The notes beneath the pieces were generated by a model. The model did no database searches. It worked only from the letters and a program-made list of their open reading frames with translations, and had not been told where the DNA came from. The translations under genes and the position numbers were made by a program. This document shows, piece after piece, positions 47,001 to 56,793 of a stretch of 64,000 bases of DNA; positions within the stretch are counted from its first letter, which is position 1, and each line of letters begins with the position of its first letter. The DNA is from Clostridia bacterium (lineage in GTDB: Bacteria > Bacillota > Clostridia > UMGS1883): assembly GCA_045591265.1 (NCBI GenBank), contig JAZNSQ010000014.1:1310-65309 (forward strand). Direction: 5' to 3'.

Positions 47001-48881
47001 TTAACTTTCGTGAGCAAAGTTTTCCTTAAACCAAGATATCATCTGCTCGTATCCTTCAACTTCGCAGGTAAGCTTTTCACGAAGAGCATAGATTTCATTT
47101 ACAATGGAATTCATATCCTCAACAGGAGGCTCAACGAAAATTCTGTTATGCTTTGTTGCTGCCTGACGCTGTTTATCAAGAAGAAGCTCCTCATAAAGCT
47201 TTTCACCGGGACGAAGACCAACGTATTCAATCTTGATATCAACATCGGGAACGTAGCCGCTAAGCTCGATAAGGTTTCTGGCAAGGTCAACAATCTTTAC
47301 AGGCTCACCCATATCGAGTATAAAGATTTCACCGCCGTCAGCAAAGGCACCTGCCTGCATAACAAGCTGTGCTGCCTCGGGAATTGTCATAAAGAATCTG
47401 TTTATTTCGGGGTGAGTAATAGTTATGGGCCCGCCGTTTTTTATCTGCTGTTTAAATAGCGGGAGAACGCTTCCGTTACTTCCTAAAACGTTACCGAAGC
47501 GCACTGCTGCATAGATGGTTTTCCCGCCGCTGTTTCTTTGCCTTAAAGCAAACTGCTGCATTACCATTTCTGCTATACGTTTACTTGCGCCCATAATGTT
47601 AAGCGGATTTACCGCCTTATCGGTTGATATAAGAACAAATCTTTCAACCGCATGCTTTTCACTCATCAAAGCTACGTTATATGTACCGTAGATGTTATTC
47701 TTAATTGCCTCTTCAGGACTGTCCTCCATGAGTGGCACGTGCTTGTGCGCTGCCGCATGGAAAATTACCTTTGGCTTATATTTTTCAAAGAGAAGGTCAA
47801 GCCTTTCGCGGTCTCTTACAGAGCCGATTAAAACCTCTAATTTAAGTTCGGGATACTTACGCTTTAATTCAAGCTGCAGCTCGTACGCGTTATTTTCATA
47901 GATATCAAATATTATAAGACGTTTGGGTTTAAACTTTGCAATCTGACGGCAAAGCTCACTTCCTATGCTTCCGCCACCGCCTGTAACAAGCACGGTTTTT
48001 CCGCCTATGTAATTAAAAACCTCTTCCCCGTCAATGAGCTGTTCGTCACGCTCTAAGAGTTCCTGCGGGGTGATTTCACGCATCTGGCTTAACTTTACCT
48101 TTCCCGACATAATTTCATCATATGTTGGAACAGACAGTATCTTAAGACCTGTTGCGCGGCATTTTCTTACAAGCTCTTCCCTTTCTTTTTCTTCTGTTTC
48201 GGGAATTGCGATAATAATTTCCTTTATCTTGTTTTCTTTACATACCCTTTCAATTTCGTTTGAGCTTCCGACAACGGGCACACCGCTTATTCTCATACCG
48301 TGCTTTCTTGGATCGTTATCCACAATCGCAACGGGGTATTTTTCCCCTTCGTGCTGAAGCTTTCTTATAATTGATGAGCCTGTATCTCCACCGCTTACAA
48401 CCAAAACCCTTGTCTTTTTCTGTGAGGGCTTTTTTAAAATTTCGCGAAGGGGGGGCAGACTTCTTACAACTGATGCCATAAAACGCACCGCAGTATAGCC
48501 AAGCATACAAAGGAGCATAATTATAATAAAGTCACTTTTTGTAAAAAGCCTTCCGTTAAATACGAGCATATGGGTAAGAAGATTTGCAATAAAGGTGCCC
48601 ACTGCTACGGCAAAGTTTAAAAAGAGATAGTCCTTTCCCGATGCATAGCGCCACGATATTGCGTAACAGTTAAGTAGGCTTGTTACTGAAAACAAACTTA
48701 CAACAATAATTCCTATCTGGCCAAAATACCTCGTATAAAATGAAAAGGCAAATAAATCGAATTCATTATGACGAAGAAGATGTGCCATCTGAATTGAAAA
48801 TAAAACTACTATTAAATCACAAATTGCGAAAAGGAGAATGCGCTGAAGATTTTTAATCCTTAAAGACGTTTGATATCGCAT
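47001..48881 (-). CDS. Membrane-anchored nucleotide-sugar 4,6-dehydratase/epimerase (CapD/PglF/WbpM family).
   Basis: About 4 N-terminal TM helices precede two Rossmann motifs, 'VLVVSGGDTGSS' and 'VLVTGGGGSIGSEL'. The protein is 626 aa. Confidence 0.85.
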   Translation of the reverse strand: MRYQTSLRIKNLQRILLFAICDLIVVLFSIQMAHLLRHNEFDLFAFSFYTRYFGQIGIIVVSLFSVTSLLNCYAISWRYASGKDYLFLNFAVAVGTFIANLLTHMLVFNGRLFTKSDFIIIMLLCMLGYTAVRFMASVVRSLPPLREILKKPSQKKTRVLVVSGGDTGSSIIRKLQHEGEKYPVAIVDNDPRKHGMRISGVPVVGSSNEIERVCKENKIKEIIIAIPETEEKEREELVRKCRATGLKILSVPTYDEIMSGKVKLSQMREITPQELLERDEQLIDGEEVFNYIGGKTVLVTGGGGSIGSELCRQIAKFKPKRLIIFDIYENNAYELQLELKRKYPELKLEVLIGSVRDRERLDLLFEKYKPKVIFHAAAHKHVPLMEDSPEEAIKNNIYGTYNVALMSEKHAVERFVLISTDKAVNPLNIMGASKRIAEMVMQQFALRQRNSGGKTIYAAVRFGNVLGSNGSVLPLFKQQIKNGGPITITHPEINRFFMTIPEAAQLVMQAGAFADGGEIFILDMGEPVKIVDLARNLIELSGYVPDVDIKIEYVGLRPGEKLYEELLLDKQRQAATKHNRIFVEPPVEDMNSIVNEIYALREKLTCEVEGYEQMISWFKENFAHES

Positions 48882-48903
48882 AACTTTTCATCCCTGCTTT
48901 TAA

Positions 48904-50145
48904 TTAATATATTGGGTATTTATCGCAAAGGGTCTTAACTGTTTGTATAATTTCTTCTTTTTTCTCTTCAAAGTCTGTAATCGTGAGCTTTATAAGGCGA
49001 GCGATTGTCTTCATATCCTCTTCCTTAAAGCCACGGCTTGTTACAGCGGGAGTACCAATGCGAATTCCGCTTGTTATAAAAGGACTTTGCGGGTCATTGG
49101 GAATAGTATTTTTATTTGCTGTGATATGCACCTCATCAAGGCGTTTTTCGAGCTCTTTTCCTGTTATATCAAACTTGCGAAGGTCAAGGAGCATAAGGTG
49201 ATTATCTGTGTCACCTGAAACTATGTCTACTCCTTCTTCTTTAAGGCTATTGCAAAGCGCTTTTGCATTCTTTACTACCTGCTTTTGGTATTCCTTAAAT
49301 TCATCTGTAAGCGCCTCACCAAATGCCACTGCCTTTGCAGTGATAATATGCATAAGAGGGCCTCCTTGTATTCCGGGGAAGATTGCCTTATCTATCTGCT
49401 TTGCATATTCTTCCTTGCAAAGGATAAGTCCGCCACGCGGTCCGCGAAGGGTTTTGTGAGTTGTGCTTGTTACAACATCTGCATAAGGCACGGGACTTGG
49501 ATGAAGACCTGCCGCAACAAGTCCTGCGATGTGCGCCATATCAATCATTAATATTGCGCCTACTTCATCTGCAATTTCGCGGAACTTTTTAAAGTCAAGT
49601 GTTCTTGAATATGCACTTGCACCGCCTACGATAAGCTTGGGACGACACTTGAGCGCAATTTCACGCATTTTATCGTAGTCGATAAGACCTGTTTCATCAT
49701 CTACACCATAAGGCACGATGTTAAAATACTTACCGCTGATATTTACGGGTGAGCCGTGTGAAAGGTGGCCGCCGTGTGCAAGATTCATACCCATAACGGT
49801 ATCGCCGGGATTTAAAAATGCAAAGAATACTGCAAGGTTTGCATTTGCACCACTGTGTGCCTGAACATTTGCATGCTCTGCCCCGAAAAGCTTTTTAGCA
49901 CGCTCTATTGCAATAGTTTCAACCTCGTCTACAAATTCGCATCCGCCATAGTAGCGCTTGCCGCTGTAGCCCTCTGCATACTTATTTGTAAGTACTCCGC
50001 CTGCCGCTAAAAGCACTGCCTTTGAAACAATATTCTCTGAAGCTATAAGCTCAATATTATTTCTCTGGCGTGAAAGCTCACGCGCGCAAGAAGCATATAC
50101 TTCACTGTCAAATTCGTTTAGCTGTTCAAAAAAATTCATTGTCAT
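48904..50145 (-). CDS. glyA: Serine hydroxymethyltransferase.
   Basis: The sequence '[38 protein letters not shown]' and the PLP Lys region '[14 protein letters not shown]' are present. Confidence 0.9.
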   Translation of the reverse strand: MTMNFFEQLNEFDSEVYASCARELSRQRNNIELIASENIVSKAVLLAAGGVLTNKYAEGYSGKRYYGGCEFVDEVETIAIERAKKLFGAEHANVQAHSGANANLAVFFAFLNPGDTVMGMNLAHGGHLSHGSPVNISGKYFNIVPYGVDDETGLIDYDKMREIALKCRPKLIVGGASAYSRTLDFKKFREIADEVGAILMIDMAHIAGLVAAGLHPSPVPYADVVTSTTHKTLRGPRGGLILCKEEYAKQIDKAIFPGIQGGPLMHIITAKAVAFGEALTDEFKEYQKQVVKNAKALCNSLKEEGVDIVSGDTDNHLMLLDLRKFDITGKELEKRLDEVHITANKNTIPNDPQSPFITSGIRIGTPAVTSRGFKEEDMKTIARLIKLTITDFEEKKEEIIQTVKTLCDKYPIY

Positions 50146-50151
50146 TCTCCT

Positions 50152-50763
50152 TTATCTTACTCTTATTAAAAGCTCACCCTTAACACCGTTTGGCGCATAA
50201 GCGTAAACTGAAGTTATACCTTCCTTTATTGCCTCAATCTCACCTTTTGAGTTTACTCTTACAACGTTTTTGTCCTGTGACTGCCACACAATCTCGTCTT
50301 GCGAATCTGATGGTGTTGTGTAAGCCTTTAAGGTAAATTTATCCCCGGGGTGAATGGTAACTTCACCCTTTCCGCCACCAATTACGCCAACAACGATTTC
50401 TTCAATATCAGACTCCCCGTTAAATACAAGGTTATGATTTCCGTTTTGATCTATGTATGAAACTGCACCCTCAACAACAACGCCTACATGGGCATAGCTT
50501 TTTTCTGTGCGGGCTGTGATGGTTGTTATTCCGCCTGAGATTGCAGTAACAGTGCCGTCAGGCGCAATAACTGCAATTTTTTCGTCATTACTTGTCCATG
50601 TGATGTTATCATTTTTCTTTGTGCTTGCTTTAACTGTATATTTCTCATCAACCTTTAAGCGAATTGCGTCTTCTTTAATATTTATTTTGTGCTTGTCCTT
50701 GCCGCAGGAAGAGAACACAAAAGAAAGAGAAAGAATTAATACTAACAGTAAACTTTTTTTCAT
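50152..50763 (-). CDS. Lipoprotein with two Big_2 (bacterial Ig-like) domains.
   Basis: The lipobox 'VFSSCG' is followed by two Big_2-type repeats; the protein is 203 aa. Confidence 0.7.
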   Translation of the reverse strand: MKKSLLLVLILSLSFVFSSCGKDKHKINIKEDAIRLKVDEKYTVKASTKKNDNITWTSNDEKIAVIAPDGTVTAISGGITTITARTEKSYAHVGVVVEGAVSYIDQNGNHNLVFNGESDIEEIVVGVIGGGKGEVTIHPGDKFTLKAYTTPSDSQDEIVWQSQDKNVVRVNSKGEIEAIKEGITSVYAYAPNGVKGELLIRVR

Positions 50764-50887
50764 TTGTCATACCTCCAATACTAATCTTATTATATTATAT
50801 CAGTTAAATTTATTTTTTTCAATAGTTTCTTTGATTTTACTGATAATTATTACCCTTGGGGAAACAATAGAAAAAAGGGGTGACAAG

Positions 50888-51307
50888 GTGAAAAAAATAA
50901 TTGCTTTTTTTGATGATGATAATATTGCCAAATCCACCGCCTCGGCGCTTAGCGAAAGGGTGTGTGAGGGAAGCAAGTTAACTTTAGCCGTGGCGGATGA
51001 GGGTGAATTTTTAGCACCCGGCTATGCTTATAAAAGCACAATGCTTTGCTCGGGCGCGGGAACAATCTTGGGCATTTGCGCATCTTACATCCCCAAAATT
51101 GGGTTTTTCGGGACGATATCCCCCGTAACCGGCCTTATCGCAGGGAGTGTTGTGGGGGCAGTAGCAGGAGTATTGCTCGACTTTCTTTTAGAGAGCAGCT
51201 CGGAGTATTTTTTTAAGATAGGTTTATGTGCGCCTGACAAAAGCGAGGGAAGTATCTATAAAATTTTAAGAAAACGTGGGGCAGTTTCAGCTTACATTGA
51301 GAAATAA
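50888..51307 (+). CDS. Hypothetical 139-aa protein with a soluble N-terminal half and a Gly-rich hydrophobic C-terminal half.
   Basis: It has a GTG start with the RBS AAAGGGGTGA, and the terminator 'aagaggattcacatcctctttttttt' lies immediately downstream. The ORF-track 266-aa version overlaps the convergent lipoprotein gene and is over-extended. Confidence 0.5.
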   Translation: MKKIIAFFDDDNIAKSTASALSERVCEGSKLTLAVADEGEFLAPGYAYKSTMLCSGAGTILGICASYIPKIGFFGTISPVTGLIAGSVVGAVAGVLLDFLLESSSEYFFKIGLCAPDKSEGSIYKILRKRGAVSAYIEK

Positions 51308-51345
51308 AAAAAGAGGATTCACATCCTCTTTTTTTACATTTTAAA
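51308..51345. terminator. Bidirectional intrinsic terminator.
   Basis: The hairpin 'aaagaggattcacatcctcttt' is flanked by A-runs and T-runs. Confidence 0.6.
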
Positions 51346-51416
51346 GATTGCTTTTGTAATTCCTCTTAAGTATTTAGGCACCTTAAGTACTAATACTCTC
51401 ATATCAACTTCCCTTT

Positions 51417-51566
51417 CTAATTTCTGATTAATGTGCAACCTATCACTATAATCAGGGCGCCTTCAATAACTGCAAGCAGCCACACAGGAAGTATCAGCGC
51501 CGTAAAAATCCCTAAAACAAAGGACAAAACTCCTATCCCGCAGGGTCTTTTAAAAGTACGCCGCAT
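51417..51566 (-). CDS. Unannotated 49-aa small hydrophobic protein (MRRTFKRPCGIGVLSFVLGIFTALILPVWLLAVIEGALIIVIGCTLIRN).
   Basis: It is below the ORF-track size cut-off. It has a strong RBS (AAAGGGGGTG, 5-nt spacer), lies 48 nt downstream of polC on the same strand, and has two predicted TM helices. Confidence 0.5.
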   Translation of the reverse strand: MRRTFKRPCGIGVLSFVLGIFTALILPVWLLAVIEGALIIVIGCTLIRN

Positions 51567-51614
51567 ACAGGCACCCCCTTTCATTTATATTATATTAAAG
51601 GGGATAAATTTTTG

Positions 51615-54600
51615 TTAATCGAACAGTGTTACCTGCGCACTTTGCGGCATTCCCTTAAAGCAGCCAAAGCTTTTAAGCATTTCGATATGTGTATCACTTA
51701 CGCTTGTGCGCCCTTTAAAGTCGTCTATCGAAAAGAAAGGTCCGTTTTCCCTTGCGTCAGCTATTGACTGGGCAACCTTGTCCCCAAGACCTGCCACGCT
51801 ATTTAATGCGGGAAGAATTTTTCCGTCAACGGCTAAATACCTTGTGGGGTGCGACTTATAGATATCAAGAGGTAAAAATTCGATTTTTCTTGCATACATT
51901 TCATTTACTACCTCAAGAATTGTCAGTGTTGCCTTGTCCCTTGCAGAAGGTTTTTCAAGCTGCGAAAGCTCGCGCAGTTTATTTTGTGCATTTTTTCTGC
52001 CCGTTGCCATCGTTTCATAGTCAAACGTATCTGCTCTCACAGTATAGTAGGATTGGTAAAATGCTACCGGATAATGCACCTTGAAATATGCAACCTTAAG
52101 CGCCATTGTTACATACGCCGCGGCGTGTGCACGCGGGAACATATACTGGATTTTATTACACGACTCAATATACCACTCAGGCACATTTTTTGCGCGCATT
52201 TCTTCTTCGTCAATGGGTTTTAGCTTTTTGCCCTTACGAACCTGCTCCATAATGGTAAATGCACGCGCGGGCGGGAGGCCACGGTTAATAAGATAAATCA
52301 TTATATCGTCACGGCAACAGATTGCCTCTTTAAGTGTGCATATTCCCTTTGAAACAAGCGTCTGGGCGTTATTTGTCCATACGTCCGTTCCGTGAGAAAG
52401 ACCCGAAATTCTTACAAGCTCGCCAAGTGTTGTCGGCTTTGTATCAACAAGCATTTGTCTTACAAACTTTGTGCCAAATTCCGGCACCGCAAAGGTACCC
52501 GTTTCGCTTCCTATATCTTCTGGCGTTACGCCAAGCGCCTCGGGACTTAAAAAGAGGCTCATAACGTCTTTGTCATCAATAGGAATTGTATGCGGGTCAA
52601 CGCCAGTAAGGTCTGTAAGCATTTTTATCATTGTGGGGTCATCATGCCCAAGAATGTCCAGCTTAAGCAGGTTTTCGTCAATACTGTGGTAGTCAAAATG
52701 AGTTGTTATTATGTCACTTTCAGTATCCTCCGCAGGGTGCTGAATGGGGGTAAATTCGTGAATGTCGTGTCCTTTGGGAAGAACTATAACGCCGCCGGGG
52801 TGCTGACCCGTTGTGGTTTTAACCTTCATAATGCCTTGCTTTAATCTTTCTACCTCTGCATTATGAACATTTTTCTCGTGCGATTCAAAGTATTTTTTTA
52901 CATAGCCATAAGCTGTTTTTTCCGCCACGGTACTTACAGTTCCCGCACGGAAAACGTAGCCCTTGCCAAAAATTTCTTCCGTGTATCTGTGGGCGCTTGC
53001 CTGATTTTCGCCAGAGAAATTAAGGTCGATATCAGGCTGTTTATCACCTTTAAAACCAAGGAAGGTTTCAAACGGGATATTGTGCCCGTCCTTTTCGTAG
53101 GGCGCATTACATTTGGGGCAATTTTTATCCGGCAAGTCGCATCCTGCATCATACGTTTCGTCATAAATAAATTCAGTGTTCTTGCAGTTGGGACAACGAT
53201 AGTGCGGCACAAGAGAGTTAACCTCTGTTATCTGCGCGCAAAAAGCCAGAAATGACGAGCCGACACTGCCACGCGAGCCTACAACATACCCCTGCTCACG
53301 CGAGTGCTTAACAAGGAGTCTTGCAATATTATAAAGGTCGGCATAGCCGTTACCTATAACGCTTTTAAGCTCTCTTTTAAGCCTTGTTTCAACCTCATCA
53401 GGAAGTGGGTCTCCATAAAGAGAGGTTGCAGTTTCTCTTGCAATTCGCTCAATTTCCTCCGCACTGCCCTCAATTTTGGGAGGGAAATTACCTTCAGGCA
53501 CAGGTCTTATGTTTTCAATTAAATCGGCTATATAATTTGTGTTTGTTATAACTATCTCTCTTGCTTTTTCTTCACCGAGATAGCTAAATTCCCCAAGCAT
53601 TTCTTGGGTGGTGCGGAAAAAGAGGGGTGGCTGAAGGTCTGCATCCTGATAGCCCTGCCCTGCCTGAAGAATTCTGCGGAATATTTCGTCGCGCGCAGAA
53701 AGGAAATGCACGTCTCCCGTTGCAACAACCTTTTTTCCCAGTTTTTCTCCGAGGCGCACGATTTTTCTGTTGAGCTCGCGAAGTGCCTCATCGTCTTCCA
53801 CTGTATTATTGCGGACTAAATAGCCGTTATTGCCGATTGGCTGAATTTCAAGATAATCATAGTATGAGGCAATGCGTTCAATTTCCTTTTCGTCCTCATT
53901 AAATAAGACGGCACGAAAAACCTCCCCCGCCTCACACGCCGAGCCTACGATAAGCCCCTCACGGTGCTTATCTAATACGTCCCTTGGAATAAGCGGTCTT
54001 CTGTAAAAATGCTCAAGATTTGATGCACTTACAAGCTTATAAAGATTTTTAAGACCTGTAAGGTTTTTTGCAAAGAGAATTATGTGGTAACGCTTGGTAT
54101 CCTTCTGAAGCGGTGCGCCCGCTTCTATTAAGTACCCCTCGCACCCGTAGAGAATTTTTATTTTATCCCCTGCGGTTTTAAAAGCTTCGGGGAAAGCCTG
54201 AACACAACCGTGGTCTGTGATTGCGATAGCCTTATGCCCAAATTTAATTGCCTGATTTACAAGGTCCTTTGCACTTACCACCGCATCCATCGCAGATGAC
54301 TTTGTATGAGCGTGAAGCTCAATGCGTTTTACGGGGGCATTATCTTCTATTACTTCTTTTTCTGCGGGAATTATGTCACGCGCCATTATTGTAAGCTCAT
54401 GAGAAAAGCTGTCAAACTCTGCCTTTCCGCGAACGGCAACGCATCCTTGTTTTTTAAGCGCACCCACAACCTCATCTACGGCTTTGCTTACTACAAAACA
54501 CTTACAGGTAAGTGAGCCCGTGTAATCAGTTATATAAAAAGTAATTATATGCTTTTTGATTTTGGCAATTTCTTTTGTGTCTATGTTAAAGATATCCCCT

Positions 54601-55229
54601 TTTATCATACACTGGGAAATATCTGTGCTGACCTCATTTATGGGGGTTATGTCGTTGGGATTAAAGGGTTTTCCAAGGAGTGCCCCCTCGCTTGCCACTG
54701 AAACTATTTTTTCAGGGGCAGAGGTTTTTTTAACGAATTCCACGGGCTTAAGCTCGTTTATAACCTCCATCTCATTTTCAAGAAGGATTACATCTTTCTT
54801 TATATTAAAGATTTCCCTTAGCTTTTTTCCGAGCTTTTCGCAGATATTCTCACTCTCTAAAACTTCTTTATTGCCGTGGCGGATAGTTACTGTAATTGTT
54901 TCATCCATTTCGATTTCCGAGTTATCCAAAATCATTTTTAAGAGAGGATTTTTTTCGCACATCAAATCAAGGCAAAACCTCACCTTCCATACAGAAGGTG
55001 TGCTTTCCCCGAAAAATTTAAGATTTAACTCCGCTAAATTATATGTACTTTTTGCTCTGTCTGAAAATGATGCAATCCCCAAAAATGAGGTTTCGCCCTC
55101 AAGATAGATTTCTGCCTCTATTTTTCTTAAGCGCGCATCTGCATCAACTTTTTTTACCCATACGTCACCTAAGTTATATTCCCCTTTAACTTTAGGGAAC
55201 ACATCTTTAAGCGTATATTTTTTTTCCAT
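51615..55229 (-). CDS. polC: DNA polymerase III PolC-type alpha subunit lacking the 3'-5' exonuclease domain.
   Basis: The PolC N-terminal domain, OB fold and PHP domain ('ELHAHTKSSAMDAV...ITDHGCVQAFPEAF') are present, as is the polymerase core ('GSRGSVGSSFLAFC', Zn module 'CPNC...CPKC'). The C-terminus '...GLGDKVAQSIADARENGPFFSIDDF...VTLFD' matches the PolC tail. Relative to Bacillus PolC as recalled from memory (no alignment run), the ~190-aa Exo I-III insert between 'ILYGCEG' and 'YHIILFAKNLTGLKNL' is absent. The start is at the ATG at 55229, overlapping the ispG stop. Confidence 0.85.
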   Translation of the reverse strand: MEKKYTLKDVFPKVKGEYNLGDVWVKKVDADARLRKIEAEIYLEGETSFLGIASFSDRAKSTYNLAELNLKFFGESTPSVWKVRFCLDLMCEKNPLLKMILDNSEIEMDETITVTIRHGNKEVLESENICEKLGKKLREIFNIKKDVILLENEMEVINELKPVEFVKKTSAPEKIVSVASEGALLGKPFNPNDITPINEVSTDISQCMIKGDIFNIDTKEIAKIKKHIITFYITDYTGSLTCKCFVVSKAVDEVVGALKKQGCVAVRGKAEFDSFSHELTIMARDIIPAEKEVIEDNAPVKRIELHAHTKSSAMDAVVSAKDLVNQAIKFGHKAIAITDHGCVQAFPEAFKTAGDKIKILYGCEGYLIEAGAPLQKDTKRYHIILFAKNLTGLKNLYKLVSASNLEHFYRRPLIPRDVLDKHREGLIVGSACEAGEVFRAVLFNEDEKEIERIASYYDYLEIQPIGNNGYLVRNNTVEDDEALRELNRKIVRLGEKLGKKVVATGDVHFLSARDEIFRRILQAGQGYQDADLQPPLFFRTTQEMLGEFSYLGEEKAREIVITNTNYIADLIENIRPVPEGNFPPKIEGSAEEIERIARETATSLYGDPLPDEVETRLKRELKSVIGNGYADLYNIARLLVKHSREQGYVVGSRGSVGSSFLAFCAQITEVNSLVPHYRCPNCKNTEFIYDETYDAGCDLPDKNCPKCNAPYEKDGHNIPFETFLGFKGDKQPDIDLNFSGENQASAHRYTEEIFGKGYVFRAGTVSTVAEKTAYGYVKKYFESHEKNVHNAEVERLKQGIMKVKTTTGQHPGGVIVLPKGHDIHEFTPIQHPAEDTESDIITTHFDYHSIDENLLKLDILGHDDPTMIKMLTDLTGVDPHTIPIDDKDVMSLFLSPEALGVTPEDIGSETGTFAVPEFGTKFVRQMLVDTKPTTLGELVRISGLSHGTDVWTNNAQTLVSKGICTLKEAICCRDDIMIYLINRGLPPARAFTIMEQVRKGKKLKPIDEEEMRAKNVPEWYIESCNKIQYMFPRAHAAAYVTMALKVAYFKVHYPVAFYQSYYTVRADTFDYETMATGRKNAQNKLRELSQLEKPSARDKATLTILEVVNEMYARKIEFLPLDIYKSHPTRYLAVDGKILPALNSVAGLGDKVAQSIADARENGPFFSIDDFKGRTSVSDTHIEMLKSFGCFKGMPQSAQVTLFD

Positions 55230-56275
55230 CAAAAACCCTCTATTTCGTTAAACAGTTCGTCCACTGCAAAATCTATCGGTACTTTTTTTAATATTTCACC
55301 TTTTCGGAAAATGAGCGCAACGCCGTCCCCGCAGGCGATACCTACATCCGCCTCACGCGCTTCGCCCGGGCCATTTACCGCGCAACCCATAACTGCAACA
55401 GAGATATCTTTATCTATTTTATTTAATCTTTGATTAACTTCCTCGGCAACGGGTATCATATTAACCTTGCATCTTCCGCACGTTGGACACGAAACTAGTC
55501 TTGGCCCTTTTTTAAGGTTTAGTGCTTTTAATATTTCTATTCCTGCTACTACCTCTTTTACAGGCGGGGCAGTAAGTGAAACCCTTATTGTATCACCAAT
55601 GCCCGAAAGTAAAAGAGAGCCTATTCCTATACTGTTTTTTACAATTCCCGAATACTCCGTACCCGCCTCCGTTACTCCTAAATGAAGGGGATAGTCAACC
55701 TTTTTGGAAATGAGTCTGTAAGCTTTGCTCATATCCTCAACACTGCTTGATTTTAAGGAAAGCGCAATATTTGTAAACCCGCAATCTTCAAGGAGCGTAA
55801 TATGATGCATAGCACTTTCACAAAGCGCCTCGGGAGTGGGGCTTTTATATTTATTTAAAATTTCTTTTTCAAGGGAGCCACCGTTTACACCAATTCTTAT
55901 GGGGATATTACAGCTGTTACATTCATCTGCCACTGCCTTAACTCTTTCCCTTGAGCCGATATTTCCGGGGTTAATTCTTATTTTATCGGCACCGCCCTGA
56001 GCGCACAAAAGCGCTAATTTATAGTCAAAATGAATATCCGCAACCATTGGAAGAGGTGATTTTTTTCTTATTTCAGAGAAGGCTTTTGCGCATTTTTCAT
56101 CCCTTATTGCAAGGCGCACTATATCGCACCCCGCCTCATAAAGCTCGTTTATCTGCGCGAGGGTTTTTGGGATGTCTAATGTGTCGGTATTACACATTGA
56201 CTGCACGCTTACAGGTGCGCCACCCCCTATTTTAACACCGCCGACATTAATCTGGCGCGATACTCTTCTTTCCAT
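55229..56275 (-). CDS. ispG: 4-hydroxy-3-methylbut-2-enyl diphosphate synthase (GcpE).
   Basis: The sequence 'VGGVKIGGGAPVSVQSM' and the C-terminal cluster 'CPTCGRC' are present. The start is at 'MERRV' (RBS GGGGTGA); the ORF track extends to 56290 via a TTG. Confidence 0.9.
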   Translation of the reverse strand: MERRVSRQINVGGVKIGGGAPVSVQSMCNTDTLDIPKTLAQINELYEAGCDIVRLAIRDEKCAKAFSEIRKKSPLPMVADIHFDYKLALLCAQGGADKIRINPGNIGSRERVKAVADECNSCNIPIRIGVNGGSLEKEILNKYKSPTPEALCESAMHHITLLEDCGFTNIALSLKSSSVEDMSKAYRLISKKVDYPLHLGVTEAGTEYSGIVKNSIGIGSLLLSGIGDTIRVSLTAPPVKEVVAGIEILKALNLKKGPRLVSCPTCGRCKVNMIPVAEEVNQRLNKIDKDISVAVMGCAVNGPGEAREADVGIACGDGVALIFRKGEILKKVPIDFAVDELFNEIEGF

Positions 56276-56304
56276 AATTTCACCCCACAATTACATATGC
56301 CCTA

Positions 56305-56333
56305 ATTATACCATAACAAATTTTTTGAGTCAA
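56305..56333 (-). promoter_or_regulatory. Consensus sigma-A promoter of ispG-polC (TTGACT-17-TATAAT).
   Basis: On the minus strand the motif is 'TTGACTcaaaaaatttgttatggTATAAT', ~25 nt upstream of the ispG RBS. Confidence 0.6.
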
Positions 56334-56347
56334 TCACCATAAATAAA

Positions 56348-56378
56348 AGCCCGAACGAAAATTTACGTTCGGGCTTTT
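56348..56378. terminator. Bidirectional intrinsic terminator ending the pyr operon.
   Basis: The hairpin 'aaagcccgaacgaaaatttacgttcgggcttt' is followed by T-rich sequence on both strands. Confidence 0.75.
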
Positions 56379-56379
56379 G

Positions 56380-56793
56380 TTATGCCTTTGCATCACAGTA
56401 TATGCATCTGTATATTTGATTTTCCTTGTCAACAAGCTTAAAGATATGGTGGATATCCTGTTCTGTTGAAGTTATGCATCTTGGATTTTTGCATTTAATT
56501 ATATCGGTAAGCTTTTCGGGAAGAGCGATATGCTTCTTTTCAATAATCTTTCCGTTTTTTACAATTGCTACGGTGATGTTGGGACTTATGAATCCCAGTA
56601 CATCAAGGTTAATGTCGATATCGGAGTCTATTTTTATGATATCCTTTTTCCCCATTTTTCTGCTTGGAACATTTTTGAGGATTGCAACGGGGCAATCAAG
56701 CTCATCAAGTGAAAGCATATTATATATAAGCATTGCCTTTCCGCTTGCAATATGGTCTATAACTATTCCGTTATTGATTGAATCAACATGCAT
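56380..56793 (-). CDS. pyrI: Aspartate carbamoyltransferase regulatory subunit.
   Basis: The sequence 'INNGIVIDHI' and the Zn domain 'CKNPRCIT...YRCIYCD' are present in a 137-aa protein. Confidence 0.9.
   Translation of the reverse strand: MHVDSINNGIVIDHIASGKAMLIYNMLSLDELDCPVAILKNVPSRKMGKKDIIKIDSDIDINLDVLGFISPNITVAIVKNGKIIEKKHIALPEKLTDIIKCKNPRCITSTEQDIHHIFKLVDKENQIYRCIYCDAKA

Noticed and set aside
50507-50887. The ORF-track 266-aa version of the plus-strand hypothetical gene.
   Set aside because: Its 5' 127 codons overlap the convergent lipoprotein gene and its promoter. A good RBS and the GTG at 50888 give a compact 139-aa gene instead.
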